Positions 23,104 through 37,344 of a DNA stretch of 64,000 bases are shown piece after piece. Numbering within the stretch: the stretch's first letter is position 1; each line of letters opens with the position of its first letter. The stretch is from Octopus vulgaris (lineage: Eukaryota). The DNA is taken from NCBI GenBank assembly GCA_951406725.2, contig OX597827.1, positions 36,084,001 to 36,148,000 of the forward strand, in the 5' to 3' direction. The position numbers and the translations under genes are program-made. A model generated the notes under the pieces. It made no database searches and was not told where the DNA came from. It saw only the letters and a list, made by a program, of their open reading frames with translations.

Positions 23104-24120
23104 AAAAAATAAATACACAGCTACAAATGTGGTTAAAAAGTTCAATTTACAACCACATGGTTTTGGTTTGTTCCATTGTGCAACACATTAGAGAAGTGTC
23201 TTCTACTATAGCCCCAGGCTAACCAATGCCTTTTGGGTGAATTATAGGAGACTGAAACTGTGCAGAAGCCTATATGTACCCGGTTCAGTCCTCCAGTAAG
23301 GCATCTTGTCCAAGAGTCTTGGTGCAGGGTTATAGTAGATGGCACTCACCCAAGGTGCTGTGCAGCGGAACTGAACCCCAAATCATAAGATTGTGAATTC
23401 CACTTCTTAACCACATAGCTGTGCCTATGCTTAAGTATTTCCACAACCAGAATTCTCTCTCATTTGTGTGTTCCCACATCATGTTTGTCATTTCTCAAGT
23501 TCTAGAGCCAGATATAATTAGACAGTTTATAATTATATCTATAGCTACAAATAATTAGACAGTTTCCCAGTGGTTAGCCCAGCATCATTGAGACGAAAGC
23601 ACTTGCTCCCAACTCTACCTGCTTGTCCCATGAAAACTTTATGCAGGAGTAATACTAACACCACAACAGCTCACAATTATGCCCAGTGACTCCACACTGA
23701 CTCAGAAATAGTGCAGCATTGCAGTCACTGTCTCAAGTTCCACATTGTATCAAAATGCCAATAGAAATGCCTCTCTCCAAAGAGAATAATACAGTTCTAC
23801 AACTGCTCCAGTTTGCAAATGTTTAGGTGCCTTCCAGAATATACAAAAAGATATTCACTAACTGTATATAGCAGAGACACAGAAACAGACATTTGAATAA
23901 TGACATTAAAAGAATCATGTATGGGAGAAGGGATAAAGAGATTAGTCAAAACAAAGTATATACATATAAATATACGCAATGTATAATATATATATATATA
24001 TAAACAAATACACAAACACATACATTGTGTATGTACCATATTGAACACACATATGTGTAAGGTACAAGTACATGTGTTAGTGTGTATATAAATATATATA
24101 TATATATATATACACACACA

Positions 24121-24174
<54 letters not shown>

Positions 24175-26802
24175 TATATATCAAAATAAGCAACAAGGAT
24201 ATCCAAGGTAGAGTAATACAACTGTTTCATGCTACTTCATTTTATTAAACATGAAACAATTGTACTTCTCTACCTTGGATATGCTTGTTGCTTTTTTTTT
24301 ATTATAATCACCCCATTTGATTTATATGGATAATACCATACAAAATTCTGGTGCCTTTAACTTAAGTACCATATTCATCTGAATCTAAATTTTGCTGAAT
24401 ATATATATATAGTTAATCCCCAGTATATATAGCTAATAAAAAAAAACAAGAAACAACACGAGGATGTGGTACATGCAAAGTATTAACAGATGCTCAGGGA
24501 AGGCAAGAGAGGTAGTTTTGTGTTTCAAGCAAGGTTCTTCTTACATACACACACACACATACACTCATGTATATATTACATTTATATATAATATATATGG
24601 ATATTATATATATATATATTTCATATATATAATATACATGTATATTTAATATGTGTGTGTAAATATTACATACACACACATGTGAGTGTATGTGTGTACA
24701 CAGACATATTTAAGTTTAAAAAGAAAGAGAAATGAGAGCCAATGAGTGCATATTAATAACTACACTCATTTGACAGTACTAACCTGATTGCTCAAAAGAA
24801 CAATAGCAGGCAATGACACCAATGAGTAAAAGACACAGTATGTAGCCTTTACAGTAGAAGGTGAGAGTTATTTTGTATAATAAAACTGGTTAACATTATT
24901 TCACAATGGAGAGACCAATATAACATGCACTGACTGTATGATCAGCACCAACACACCTCACTGAAGCGCTCAGCACAATATAAGTCTCATTGATCAGACA
25001 AGCCCAAACATGAAACACCACAATGCTGATGATGATGAATACATATTTTAACAAAATAACTATAATCTGTAGTATATTCTTTTATTGGTTTCAGTCACTA
25101 AGGTGAGACCATGTGGAAGCAGTGTCTTGAAAGGTTTTAGTCTGTTGTATTGACCCCATGGTGTGTCAAGTTTAGTATTTTATTTCAACAATCTCTGTTT
25201 GTCAAATGGCTAAGTCACCTGGGTATGAAATGTGTTGGCAGTTGTTTTGGTGCTGCTTATTTGGCATTGGTGATTTGATGCTGACTTATTTGACATCAGA
25301 CATTTTAATGTTTCTGTTCTTATCTCCTCGCCTCTCTCTTTATGTGTGTGTATATTTCACTTTATGTGTATGAGGAGGAGGAAGGCGTTTATACCAATTG
25401 CATTTAATAAATTGTAATCTCTCTCTTTCTCTCTAAATAACAAATATGAAGTAAAAAGCAATAGAAAATAAAAATAAAAATGAAGGTAAAAGGATTTTTA
25501 AAGCGTATTTGTATAAGGCACATATATAAAAACAAGAAGGATGGAGTATAGTTAAGAAGGAGAAACAGTTAGTCAGACCAAGGAAAGATTATGTTCTGAG
25601 AATGAATATATGTTGTTCTTTGTTTCTTAAAAAGTGATGATGTACAACAGACACTGAAAACAACCAAAACCAGTAAATAAATAAATAAATAAGAAAAAAA
25701 TTCCTGTGTGAAGCTATGATTTAATTATGTACGGATGTATCTCTTTGCAGCTCCTACTGGTCAATCTCACCTTCTCTTCTAAATATTAGTAGCCATGTAG
25801 CTCATCTATGAGAACCTGTTCTGTACCCCTCATATACTTTAACACTTCATATCCTAGCATAAAGCTCCTGCCCACCAACCACCATCCTCAGGGTTGTGGT
25901 CTTGTGAGCTTCATGGTGACCACAGTAGTACTGGTGGCATGAAAAAATAAACCCAGTACACACTGTAAAGTGGTTAATGTTAGGAAGGATATCCTACCAA
26001 AGATCATGTCAAAGCAGACACTGGAGCACAATGTCATCCTTGGGCACATTGGATCCTGTCAAACTGTCCAACCCATGACAGCATGGAACATGAGCATTGA
26101 TGATGATGATGATGTAGAAGTTCTGAATGACAAACAGTGGGTGTCTACCCAGCCTAATCTTATTCTCACAGCTACGCTCTTGGAGCATCCACCTCTACTA
26201 TTAACTTTGTCACCTAGATAACGGAAGCTATCTACTACCTCCAGAGCTTACGCTGCTGGCAGTTGATGAAGTCTAGTTTCTGTACATTTTTTTTATAGTC
26301 CCTGTGCATCTTCCACACACAAAAACTATTTTCTCTGTTAACTTCCTCTGATATTGCTATACCTTTTATGTGTCCAAAGCTTACACTAGGTACATCTTAT
26401 GGAGTCTCTACCTACACCTTTTCTACAAATTGACCAATTGACCAGCTAATCATTTTGCTTGCTAGATTTGGAATCCCCTCAATTAGGGCTGTCCAGAGCG
26501 GATGCCAGGCCCATTTGGAATGATGATGTGTGCTGGTCTGTTTTACATTCCCACAACATAGTGATTCAGCAAAAAAGTCTGATAGAATAAGTACCAGCCT
26601 AAAGAAATAAGTACTGGAGTCAATTTGTTCAACTGAACCCTTTAAAGCAATGCCCCAGCATGACCACAGTCCAATGACTGAAACAAGTAAAAAATGTATT
26701 ACAAGATTATAAGACTAATGTGTGTGTGTGTATGTGTGTGTATCTATATCGATATCTATGTATGTATGTATGTATGTATGTATGTATCTATCTATCTATC
26801 TA

Positions 26803-26836
<34 letters not shown>

Positions 26837-26961
26837 AACTTTAAATTTAAATTTTGAATTTTATATTTTATATACTTAGTATATTATATTAATTAATTTT
26901 ATTTCTATGTTTTGGTTTATGTTTTTCAGTTTGATTTGCTTAATAGTGGTTTTATCTCTAA

Positions 26962-26996
<35 letters not shown>

Positions 26997-27829
26997 TAGA
27001 ATTGGATAAATTATAAAAAAAAGACAAAACATGACAATAATGCACATTAGATTAAGCCAACAAGAGAAGATTATATGCCACAACTTTTTTAAAATGTAAT
27101 ACAAGCCTTAAGAAAATCCACACTAAAAATTGAGTGTCTTGTAAAACAGGTTATTCATAATTTTGCTAGACACAGCTATGATTAATGTATCAAGGTATGC
27201 AATAGTTGTATACATTTTGTTTTCCAAATTTAAGCAGTTTTTTTCTTTCTCTTTTTTATTTTCCAAGTAAAGCTGTACTGGTAATTTTTAAACTTTCCAT
27301 ACAAAATGTACCAGCTATTAATTTACTTGAACTCCAGTGTGCCACAATGTCAAGACTGAGCTCCACTGTTCAACCTGCCAGACATAGCAGCTAAATCTCT
27401 CTCAATTCATATCAGTAGGACTTAAACCTAGAACATTACAAATCACAACTAAATATTGCTAGTCATTGACTACAATAATGACTTCAGAGAAACAATGATT
27501 CTAATTAGTAGAAGCAGTCCACTGACAGATTAAGTGGGGTGCAGTATTTAATTAAAATTTTTCACATTCTCAGTTCACACTGAGCCAAGGGTGACTGAGA
27601 CTTTCATCCATCTGAGATGGATAAAAATTAAGGGCAAACCAAGTAGTGGCATGAAGTTCTGAGTTCACACCAAGCCAAGACTGGCTGAACCTTTCATCCA
27701 CCTGAGATGGATAAAACTAAGCACTCAGTACAATCTGTAAAGTGGTTAGCATTAGGAAGAGTAGCTGTAGAAATGATGTCAAAACAGATACATGAGCTTG
27801 GCTTACCCCTCTGACTTGCCAACTGGCAC

Positions 27830-28241
27830 TTGTGCCCTGTGCTAGTAGAGTGCTAAGAGCACCATCTGAGCGTGATCATTGCCAGAGCAGCTAACTGGCT
27901 TCCAGTGGCATCTAGGAGGCACCATTTGAGCGGGATCATTACCAGCATTGCCGTTGGCATGTGTAAAAAATTAAAGCGAGGTCGTTGCCAGTACTGCCTG
28001 ACTGGCTCATGTGTACAAATTCGAGCGAGGTTGTTGCCAGTACTGCCTGACTGGCCCCCGTGCTGGTGGCACATAAAAGCACTCATTACACTCTGGGAGT
28101 GGTTGGCATTGGGAAGGGCATCCAGCTGTAGAAACTCTGCCAGATCAAGACTGGAGCTTGGTGCAGCCATCTGGTTCGCCAGCCCACAGTCCAGCATGGA
28201 AAGCGGATGTTAAACGATGATGATGATGATGATGATGATGA
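27830..28241 (+). mobile_element. Retroposon family C ((GAT)n-tailed, RTE-like 3' end) with internal tandem subrepeats
   Basis: Repeated GAGCGAGGT(C/T)GTTGCCAGTACTGCCTGACTGGC, then GTGGTTGGCATT-GGAAGGGCATCCAGCTGTAGAAAC...CAGCATGGAAAGCGGA-GTTAAACGATGATGAT. Tail fragments recur at about 4880, 25960, 34940, 36160, 44450, 52245 and 54430. Confidence 0.75.
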
Positions 28242-28665
28242 TATACCATCATGGAAAATGGACATTAAATGGTGATGATGATGAATGCTCTTAACTTTTC
28301 TTTCTGTCTGGATGCCTTTCCTGTTGCTAATACTTATTTGTTTGCAAGTAAGGTACTCATTTCATTGGTCTATCAAATGACAAACCACTCAAATGTTTTA
28401 GTGGCAGATATAAACAATCACATAGCCCAATATGGGGTCATTGCTTTTATGCAACAGAGAAACAGCATCAACACACACACAGTACACTCAGCAATGTGAT
28501 TGGTTTTAGGAAGGGCATCAAGCCTAAAGTGAAACTCATGGGTGAGATGTGGGTCCCCAACTTATCTAAGTGAGTAACCCATGGAATATACACACATTAT
28601 GAATGCAGTGACATGTCCCATCATGCCAACCTGGAACGCAAATCAGTGTCACATTAATAGCTTAA

Positions 28666-28884
28666 CCCTTTCGTTACCAACCTGCCTGAAACCGGCACTG
28701 GCTTTGAATACAAATGTCTTGTTTCCATAAGCTTTGAATTAAAATCTTCTACCAATCTTAGTCACAATTTATATTCCTAACACTAGCTGAATGATAACAA
28801 AGTTATTTTACTAAATTCTTTGTTATATTTAAAGTAACTGGAAGAAACACAGATCATCTCAACAGAAATATGGTAACGAAAGGT
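28666..28884. mobile_element. piggyBac-type MITE
   Basis: TTAA|CCCTTTCGTTACC ... GGTAACGAAAGGT|TTAA. Confidence 0.8.
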
Positions 28885-29581
28885 TTAAACCCTCCTTACC
28901 CCCAAATATGTAATATTGTGTCAATGCTATATCATAATAATGATTAATGTTGTACAATGTTGGATATAGACCTTCTGATTGGTCAGTAGTAGCTTGCTAA
29001 TATTTATCTCACAAACCTCCAGTTGGACGACAAATAATAGGATTTTAATGGAGATATGGGAGACATCAAACTAAATCATGCAAAGCAGCTAACATTAAGA
29101 TGTCCTCTGTCTGTATATGACTTTGTTCAATGAATTAAAAGTAATAAATCATAATGACCCAATCAAAGAAATCAATAATACTGAGGTCATGCTGAACTAA
29201 GCCATATTTATTGCTAAATTATTTTTGTCTCTATTTTTTATTATCATTACTGAATATTTCAAAAGCTGTATTCATCATTGAATATTGAATAAACTGTTAA
29301 AAATGGCCATGTATGTGTATATTATTATTATTATTTATGAGCAAAAAGTTTTCTAAAGATCACATAGACGAAAGCACACATATATGCACACACACAAATG
29401 TAAATGCATAATAAATATTTGGATATAGAATAAAATTGCAGGAGAGAGAATCAAACAAAGTTTTACATAATGGAGTTAACACACCCATGTGGGTTTATTT
29501 TTGTATCAAGTCTCATAGACATTCTTAGTTTTCTCTTTGTACTTATTCTTTTATCTTTTATGTATGGATAAAATGTCTCAT

Positions 29582-31358
<1,777 letters not shown>

Positions 31359-32244
31359 CTTAAAGTCAATGGTTTGCTATTTGAAGTTTCTCACTTTAAT
31401 GCATTTGATCAAATAAAAGGAGGAACAAAGTAGTTGAGTAATGGCAAAGTTGAATTATCATCTTTTTCAACATATAATCTTGACGACTACATATATTAAA
31501 TACATTGTTCTGCATTTGTTCAGCTACACACACACACTAGGTGAACCCTCATTAAACCATACCATGTTAAGCTGTATATCAGATAAACCAGACAAAATGC
31601 AAATGACTTTTAGATTTCTTCTACCATTTTTGAGTACCAATGTTGCAGCTGACAATGCCCTCTAAATAGTAAGCCCTCAGTCAAGAACTAGTCCTGTACC
31701 ATGGCTCCCTCATTCCATGTTCACTGCTTCACCAATATTCTGAGGACACCAGGGCAGTGATATTATATTATTGGTGTGTGGGGCACTTTTGGAGCCTTCT
31801 TACTGCCCAAATATCTTGGATACTTTAATTGTAAGATCTAAATGGTTGAACTGCATCTTAGGCTTAGGTGTAAGGAGCTCAACAGTGATTAGGCTGTAGA
31901 GAGAAATTTTAATAAGGATTAGCATAGACCAGTGTTTCCCAACCTATTTTCCCCACATTAAGCTTGTCTGGAGGGATTGGTTTGGCTAGGCTGAGTACTA
32001 GCCAAGCCAATCCCTCCAGCCAAGCTTATTGTGTGAAGACTGTTTGCTACAGTATAGTGCTTTTCTAATACAATAGTGTAGATATTTCTTTAAAGAAAAT
32101 ATATAATCATAAGAAGTCAATACTCAGTACTTAATAAAAGAGTTACCAGTAGATTCTTTTATATTAAATAATTGTAATAAAATATTAAAAATAAAGTTGT
32201 TTATATATATATAGATTCATATCACTCATATTGCCAATATGACT

Positions 32245-32641
32245 AAGGAAGCTGACTGGCGCCCATGCCGGTGGCATGTAAAAAGCACCAATCAACCGTG
32301 ATTGTTACCAGTGTCACCTTACTGGCACTTATGCCGGTGGTACATGAAAAACAACAGTCGAGCGAGGGTGTTGCCAGTGCCACTGGACTGGCTCCTATGC
32401 AGGTGACATGAAAAAACACCATTTGAGCATGGCTGTTGCCAGTACTGCCTGACTGGCCCTCGTGCCACATAAAAGCAACCACTACACTACTCAGAGTGGT
32501 TGGTGTTAGGAAGGGCATCCAGCTGTAGAAACTCTGCCTGATCAGATTGGAGCCTGGTGCAGCCATCTGGCTCGCCAGTCCCCAGTCAAACCATCCAACC
32601 CACACCAGCATGGAAAGCGGACATTAATTGATAATGATGAT
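32245..32641 (+). mobile_element. Retroposon family C copy
   Basis: Same subrepeats and (GAT)n tail as 27830-28241. Confidence 0.75.
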
Positions 32642-32928
32642 GTATATATATTTATATATAAATAAATTTATATATGTATATATATGTGTAAATATATATA
32701 TTCATATATATAAAAATATCAACATATATCTATCTATCTATATATATATATATATATATATATAGTAAAAAGGGTAATAAAATAAATTATTATTACCAGT
32801 GATCTAGCACACAAGACAAATTAGTCATTAGACTATATGTTATTCATATATAAGTACATTAAAAGGCCTTTATCCACTTTTTGTGTATCTAGTACTTGCT
32901 TCTTCTTTTAGAGGCCTTTTAATGTACT

Positions 32929-32982
<54 letters not shown>

Positions 32983-33022
32983 ATTTTTTTAGTATTCTCT
33001 CTTTGTTTATTTTCTCGTGTTC

Positions 33023-33058
33023 CTCTCTGTTGAAGAGTGTAGGCTCGAAATGTAAAAG
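33023..33058 (+). ncRNA. Variant minimal hammerhead-like motif
   Basis: CTCT-CTGTTGA-A-GAGT GTAG GCTC-GAAA-T-GTA-AAAG. The core has an A6->U change and stem I is imperfect. Confidence 0.45.
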
Positions 33059-34029
33059 ACTTTCTCACCTTCCTGAGCGTTAAGGTAATACACCTGTTTT
33101 CTGTTTATACACCTGTTTCCGTGTTTTGCTTTTTTGTAAATTCCAACTATATATAAATATATATATATATTAGTGTGTGTGTGTGTGTGTGTGTTTATAT
33201 ATATATATATATTATGCTGCTAATTAAAAAAACATGCACTGCTTCTGTCATCTATAGTTATTGTTAGTTGAAAGGGTTAGTTATTCCCTTAACCAATTTA
33301 TTGATTAACCATTTCTTATTAGTTTTTTTAAACATTTTCGTGAAACCGTTAATCGCTCAAACATTCAGTATTGTTAGTGTTGTCATTTCTTTTTTTGTCA
33401 AATAATTATATCATTGCATTGTTGCAATCTCTTCAATGATACGTCTCTCTACTTCCATTTCTTTTGAACTTATTTTCAAGCATTGGGATTCGTCCAAGTT
33501 CTGTCTGAGATGAGCATGTGTGTGTGTGTGTATGTATGCATGTATGTGTGTTTATACATAAGTGTGTGCATTCGTATGTGTGTGTGTGTATGTTTTTTTT
33601 TAAAATACTGACTATGTCCTTTTTGATATACATAAGTTAGCGGTTTTGGTTTTCTCTTTGTTTTCTTCACAAACACAAGTTCATCCATATAACATTTCTC
33701 TCAAAGACAGTTAAACTGTCTTCTTTGTTTGATAAATGTTGAATAAATTGACATCTATCTGAGTGTGAGCATGACATGCGTGTGCATGTCCATGTGTGTA
33801 TGGGAGGGCATGTGTGTACGAGCATGTGACTCTGTGTTTGCATGTATGTGTGTGTGTGTGTTTGTGTGTGCTTGCATTCATATGTGAGTTCTTCTGTGTT
33901 TGTGTGTGCATGTGTACTTCTGTATGCATGTTTCTCTGTGTGTGTGTGTGTGCGTTTATGTGGGCATGTGTGTATGTGTGTGTCCATTTGTCTGTAAGGC
34001 AGAAGTCTTTGTAAGGCTTCTGCTTAATG

Positions 34030-34290
34030 AGAGTATTTACTATCCAAATCCGGTTGTGTTTTGTTGATCCAGACTGACTCTTGTATCTATCATAGTGATG
34101 TGTTGCCCAGGTGTTTAGACAAGATTTCTTATGCCAATTCGGTTCAGCACACCACCATATTGTTCTTTGGCATGCTGGTATAGTATCAAGGTTTCTCTTT
34201 GATCCCTGTATTCCCTCCAATGTTGATTTATACGCTCGGCCAAACTTCTTGCCGTTTCACCTATGTATGCAGTCCAGAGGTAGTATGGGT
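34030..34290 (-). mobile_element. Penelope-like element GIY-YIG endonuclease fragment (pseudogene)
   Basis: AYIGETARSLAERINQH...LYQHAKEQY, then in a shifted frame SL**IQESVWINKTQPDLDSK. This matches the YIGET.R.L..R..EH and R...E...I....P.LN hallmarks of PLE GIY-YIG domains. Confidence 0.8.
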
Positions 34291-34309
34291 GTGTATGTAT
34301 ATGTGTGAA

Positions 34310-34357
<48 letters not shown>

Positions 34358-34397
34358 CATAAATTAGCTCTATGATCTTCTTGGACTATCTTATAAA

Positions 34398-34523
34398 ACT
34401 CTCTGATGAAGCCTAGAGGCATACCTACGCACCCTAATTTTATCTACAGAATACTACAGTACACTGAAAAGATGGAAATAACATGTGGGGTACTGTGACC
34501 TCTTGGCAGAAACAGCTGTAAGA
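34398..34523 (+). ncRNA. Type I hammerhead motif with a long extended stem II
   Basis: TCT-CTGATGA(34403-34409)-A-GCCTAGAGG...~80 nt...CCTCTTGGC-A-GAAA(34509-34512)-CAGCTG-TA-AGA. Palindromic stem III ACAGCTGT and a GUA triplet. Confidence 0.68.
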
Positions 34524-34787
34524 AACTGCTCTTCTTTCTCTATTCTAGAAATTCCTAGTACTTTACACATGTATTTATATATTATATGAACTGTTTAAAA
34601 TAAATAAATAGACATAATATAATGTCTAACAGCTGATGAACACTACCTCTGGATTCCCTCCATTTTTTTCTTGCTATATAAATTAAGGGTAAAACCACTT
34701 ACCCATGCCTAATTATTATACTCAGTAGGATAATTGCCACACATATTCTAGCAGCCTCTAACTCTCTTTGAATTATACACACACACA

Positions 34788-34825
<38 letters not shown>

Positions 34826-35136
34826 TACACACACACATATATATATATATAATGTGTGACAATTATTCGGAAGCCATGATAAGACTCCGAGTTTCAGATG
34901 TTGGGACAGAAACCTATGGTTAGGTTTAACGGTCATTTTCACAGGGCATCAAGCTGTAGAAACACTGCCAGATCAGACTGGAGCCTAGTGCAGCCTCCTG
35001 GTTTCCCAGACCCCGGTCGGACCATCCAACCCATGCTAGCATGAAAAAGGGACGTTAAACGATGATGATGATATTTATATATATGTATTTATATATATGT
35101 ATGTATGTATGTATATATATATATATACATATATAT

Positions 35137-35169
<33 letters not shown>

Positions 35170-36079
35170 CTGATTGAATCTTCCATGCGTAAACATGTAC
35201 ATATATATATATATATACACTCACACACACTTATAAAACATACACATATACATACACACATGCATGCACACAAGCACACACAATCTACACATTTACATAC
35301 ATGTATACACATGCAAGAAAAATATTAATACCAACCAAGTTTGTCAATTCTAAGACGTCAATCTACTAAGTCCAAAAGCTCCATTTTAGTCTCTAGATTC
35401 TAAATCTACAATTGTTAGTCATGTTTTGATGATTGTTTCTTCACCACCATACAATAACAAATGTAGATTTTCATTTTTGGTTTATTTCTTATTCTTCGCT
35501 ATTGTATTTTTGTTTGTTTTCTGTTATCTGGTTCATTTCCAGCTTATCCACAGGAGGAATCCGCCATCTTGCTTTTCAAGCTGACAAAACTACTGTTCTT
35601 TGACAGTTCAGCTGAATAGAATTACTGACAAAAAGCTTTGGAAACTCAAACAGCATGATGTTAGCCTGCTTTGTTGGGTTTTGTTTACCAACCATCATCA
35701 GTAACACAACTATTGCTACAATCACAACAACAACAACAACACTTGGCTAATGGAGAGGATTTGTTTTGTGTTTCCCCTCTTTGACTAATGATTATTATCA
35801 CCGTTATCCTAATTATTGATTTCTTACATAATCACAAGGCTGCAAATGTACATGATGGTGGTGAGAGTGAGGGGAGAGAGTGGTGATGACAGTATATCTG
35901 ACTGGATCAAACCTCAGTATTCAACTGGTATTAAACTGTATTGATGCTGGAAAGAGATTTGATCTCAGAACATAAAAGGTACATAACCGAATACCAAAAG
36001 GCGTGTCTGTCATTTGACCAATTCTGCCAAGTCACTGCCCTCATTATTATTAGTACCTTTGTTCTTATTATTATTGAAC

Positions 36080-37062
36080 TGATATTAGTGGCAAGCAGGC
36101 GGCATCATTAGTATGCCAAACAAAATGCTTAGCAGGATTTCATCCAGCTGTATGTTCATCATCATCATCATCATCGTTTAGCATCCGCTTTCCATGCTGG
36201 CATGGGTTGGATGGTTCAACAGGGGTCTGGGACGCCAGAAGGCTGCACCAGGCTCAGTCTGATCTGGCACTGAGTTCAAATTCTGCCAAGCCTTTCATCT
36301 TTTTGGGGTTAATAAAATAAAGTACCAGCTGAACACTGGGGTCAATGTAATCAACTTCCCTCACACCCAAAATTTCAGGCCTTCTGCCTATAGTAGAAAG
36401 AATTATTATTATATGAAGTGGTGAGCTGGCAGGATTGTTAGCACATTGGGCAAAATACTTGGTGGTATTTCATTCGTCCTTACATTCTGAGTTCAAATTC
36501 CACCAAGGTTGACTTTATATTTCATCCTTTCAGAGTTGATAAAATAAGTATCAGTTGAACATTGGGATTGATATATTCAATTTAGCCCCTCTCCTGAAAT
36601 TGTTGGCTTTGTGCCAAAATGTGAAACCATTAACTATAGTTATTATTAAGGTAGCAAGCTGGCAAAATTATTAGCACATTGGACAAAACAATTAGTGTTA
36701 TTTCTTCCAGGTATTTATATTCTGAGTTCAAATACCACTGGGATCAACTTTCTGAGCTGGGGTGATATTTTTTTTTTGAGATGTTTTTTTGAGATGTTTT
36801 TATATCCCATCAAAAATAGTTTTTGATAAAAAAGACAGTATAAGGTGGTGAGCTAGCAGAATTGTTATCACACCAGACAAAATGCTTACTGGCACTCTGT
36901 CCATCTTTATACTCTGAGTTCAAATTCTGTTGAGGTCAGCTTTGCGTGGCATCCTTTCTGGATTGATAAAATAAGTACCAGTTGAGCACTGGAATCAATG
37001 TAATCGACCGACTTACTCCCTCCTCCAAAACTTGCTGGCCTTGTGCCAAAATTTGAAACCAA
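36080..37062 (+). mobile_element. Second tandem cluster of SINE family A (about 4 copies; one contains a family C fragment)
   Basis: Heads GGTGAGCTGGCAG... at about 36085, 36418, 36648 and 36843, separated by (ATT)n tails. Confidence 0.8.
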
Positions 37063-37344
37063 TATAGAAGACAGTATAAAGTTGTAATATCAGCTACAGG
37101 GATTGAACGCTATGTCTGCCATATTGTGAGAAAGTCTATATTTTGCTAATGTATATCAATGAAGGATGTAAAAATTACTTAGAAAACCAGAATATCTGGT
37201 ACTTTAGAATAAAAATACTGTGTGTGGTATTTGTTCTGCTCTGGGTCATACAGATGATCCCTTATTCTTACCATTAAAGATATGGTGAATTAATGATTGG
37301 CTCATTGAAAACCTGCAGCCAACATCACTATTGTTCACCAGTTA

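Noticed and set aside
27860-28060. Repeat-spacer-like pattern resembling a CRISPR array
   Set aside because: Diverged internal subrepeats of a eukaryotic retroposon; no constant repeat with unique spacers and no cas genes.
34632-34660. Second CTGATGA near the Penelope fragment
   Set aside because: No downstream stem II or GAAA partner found.
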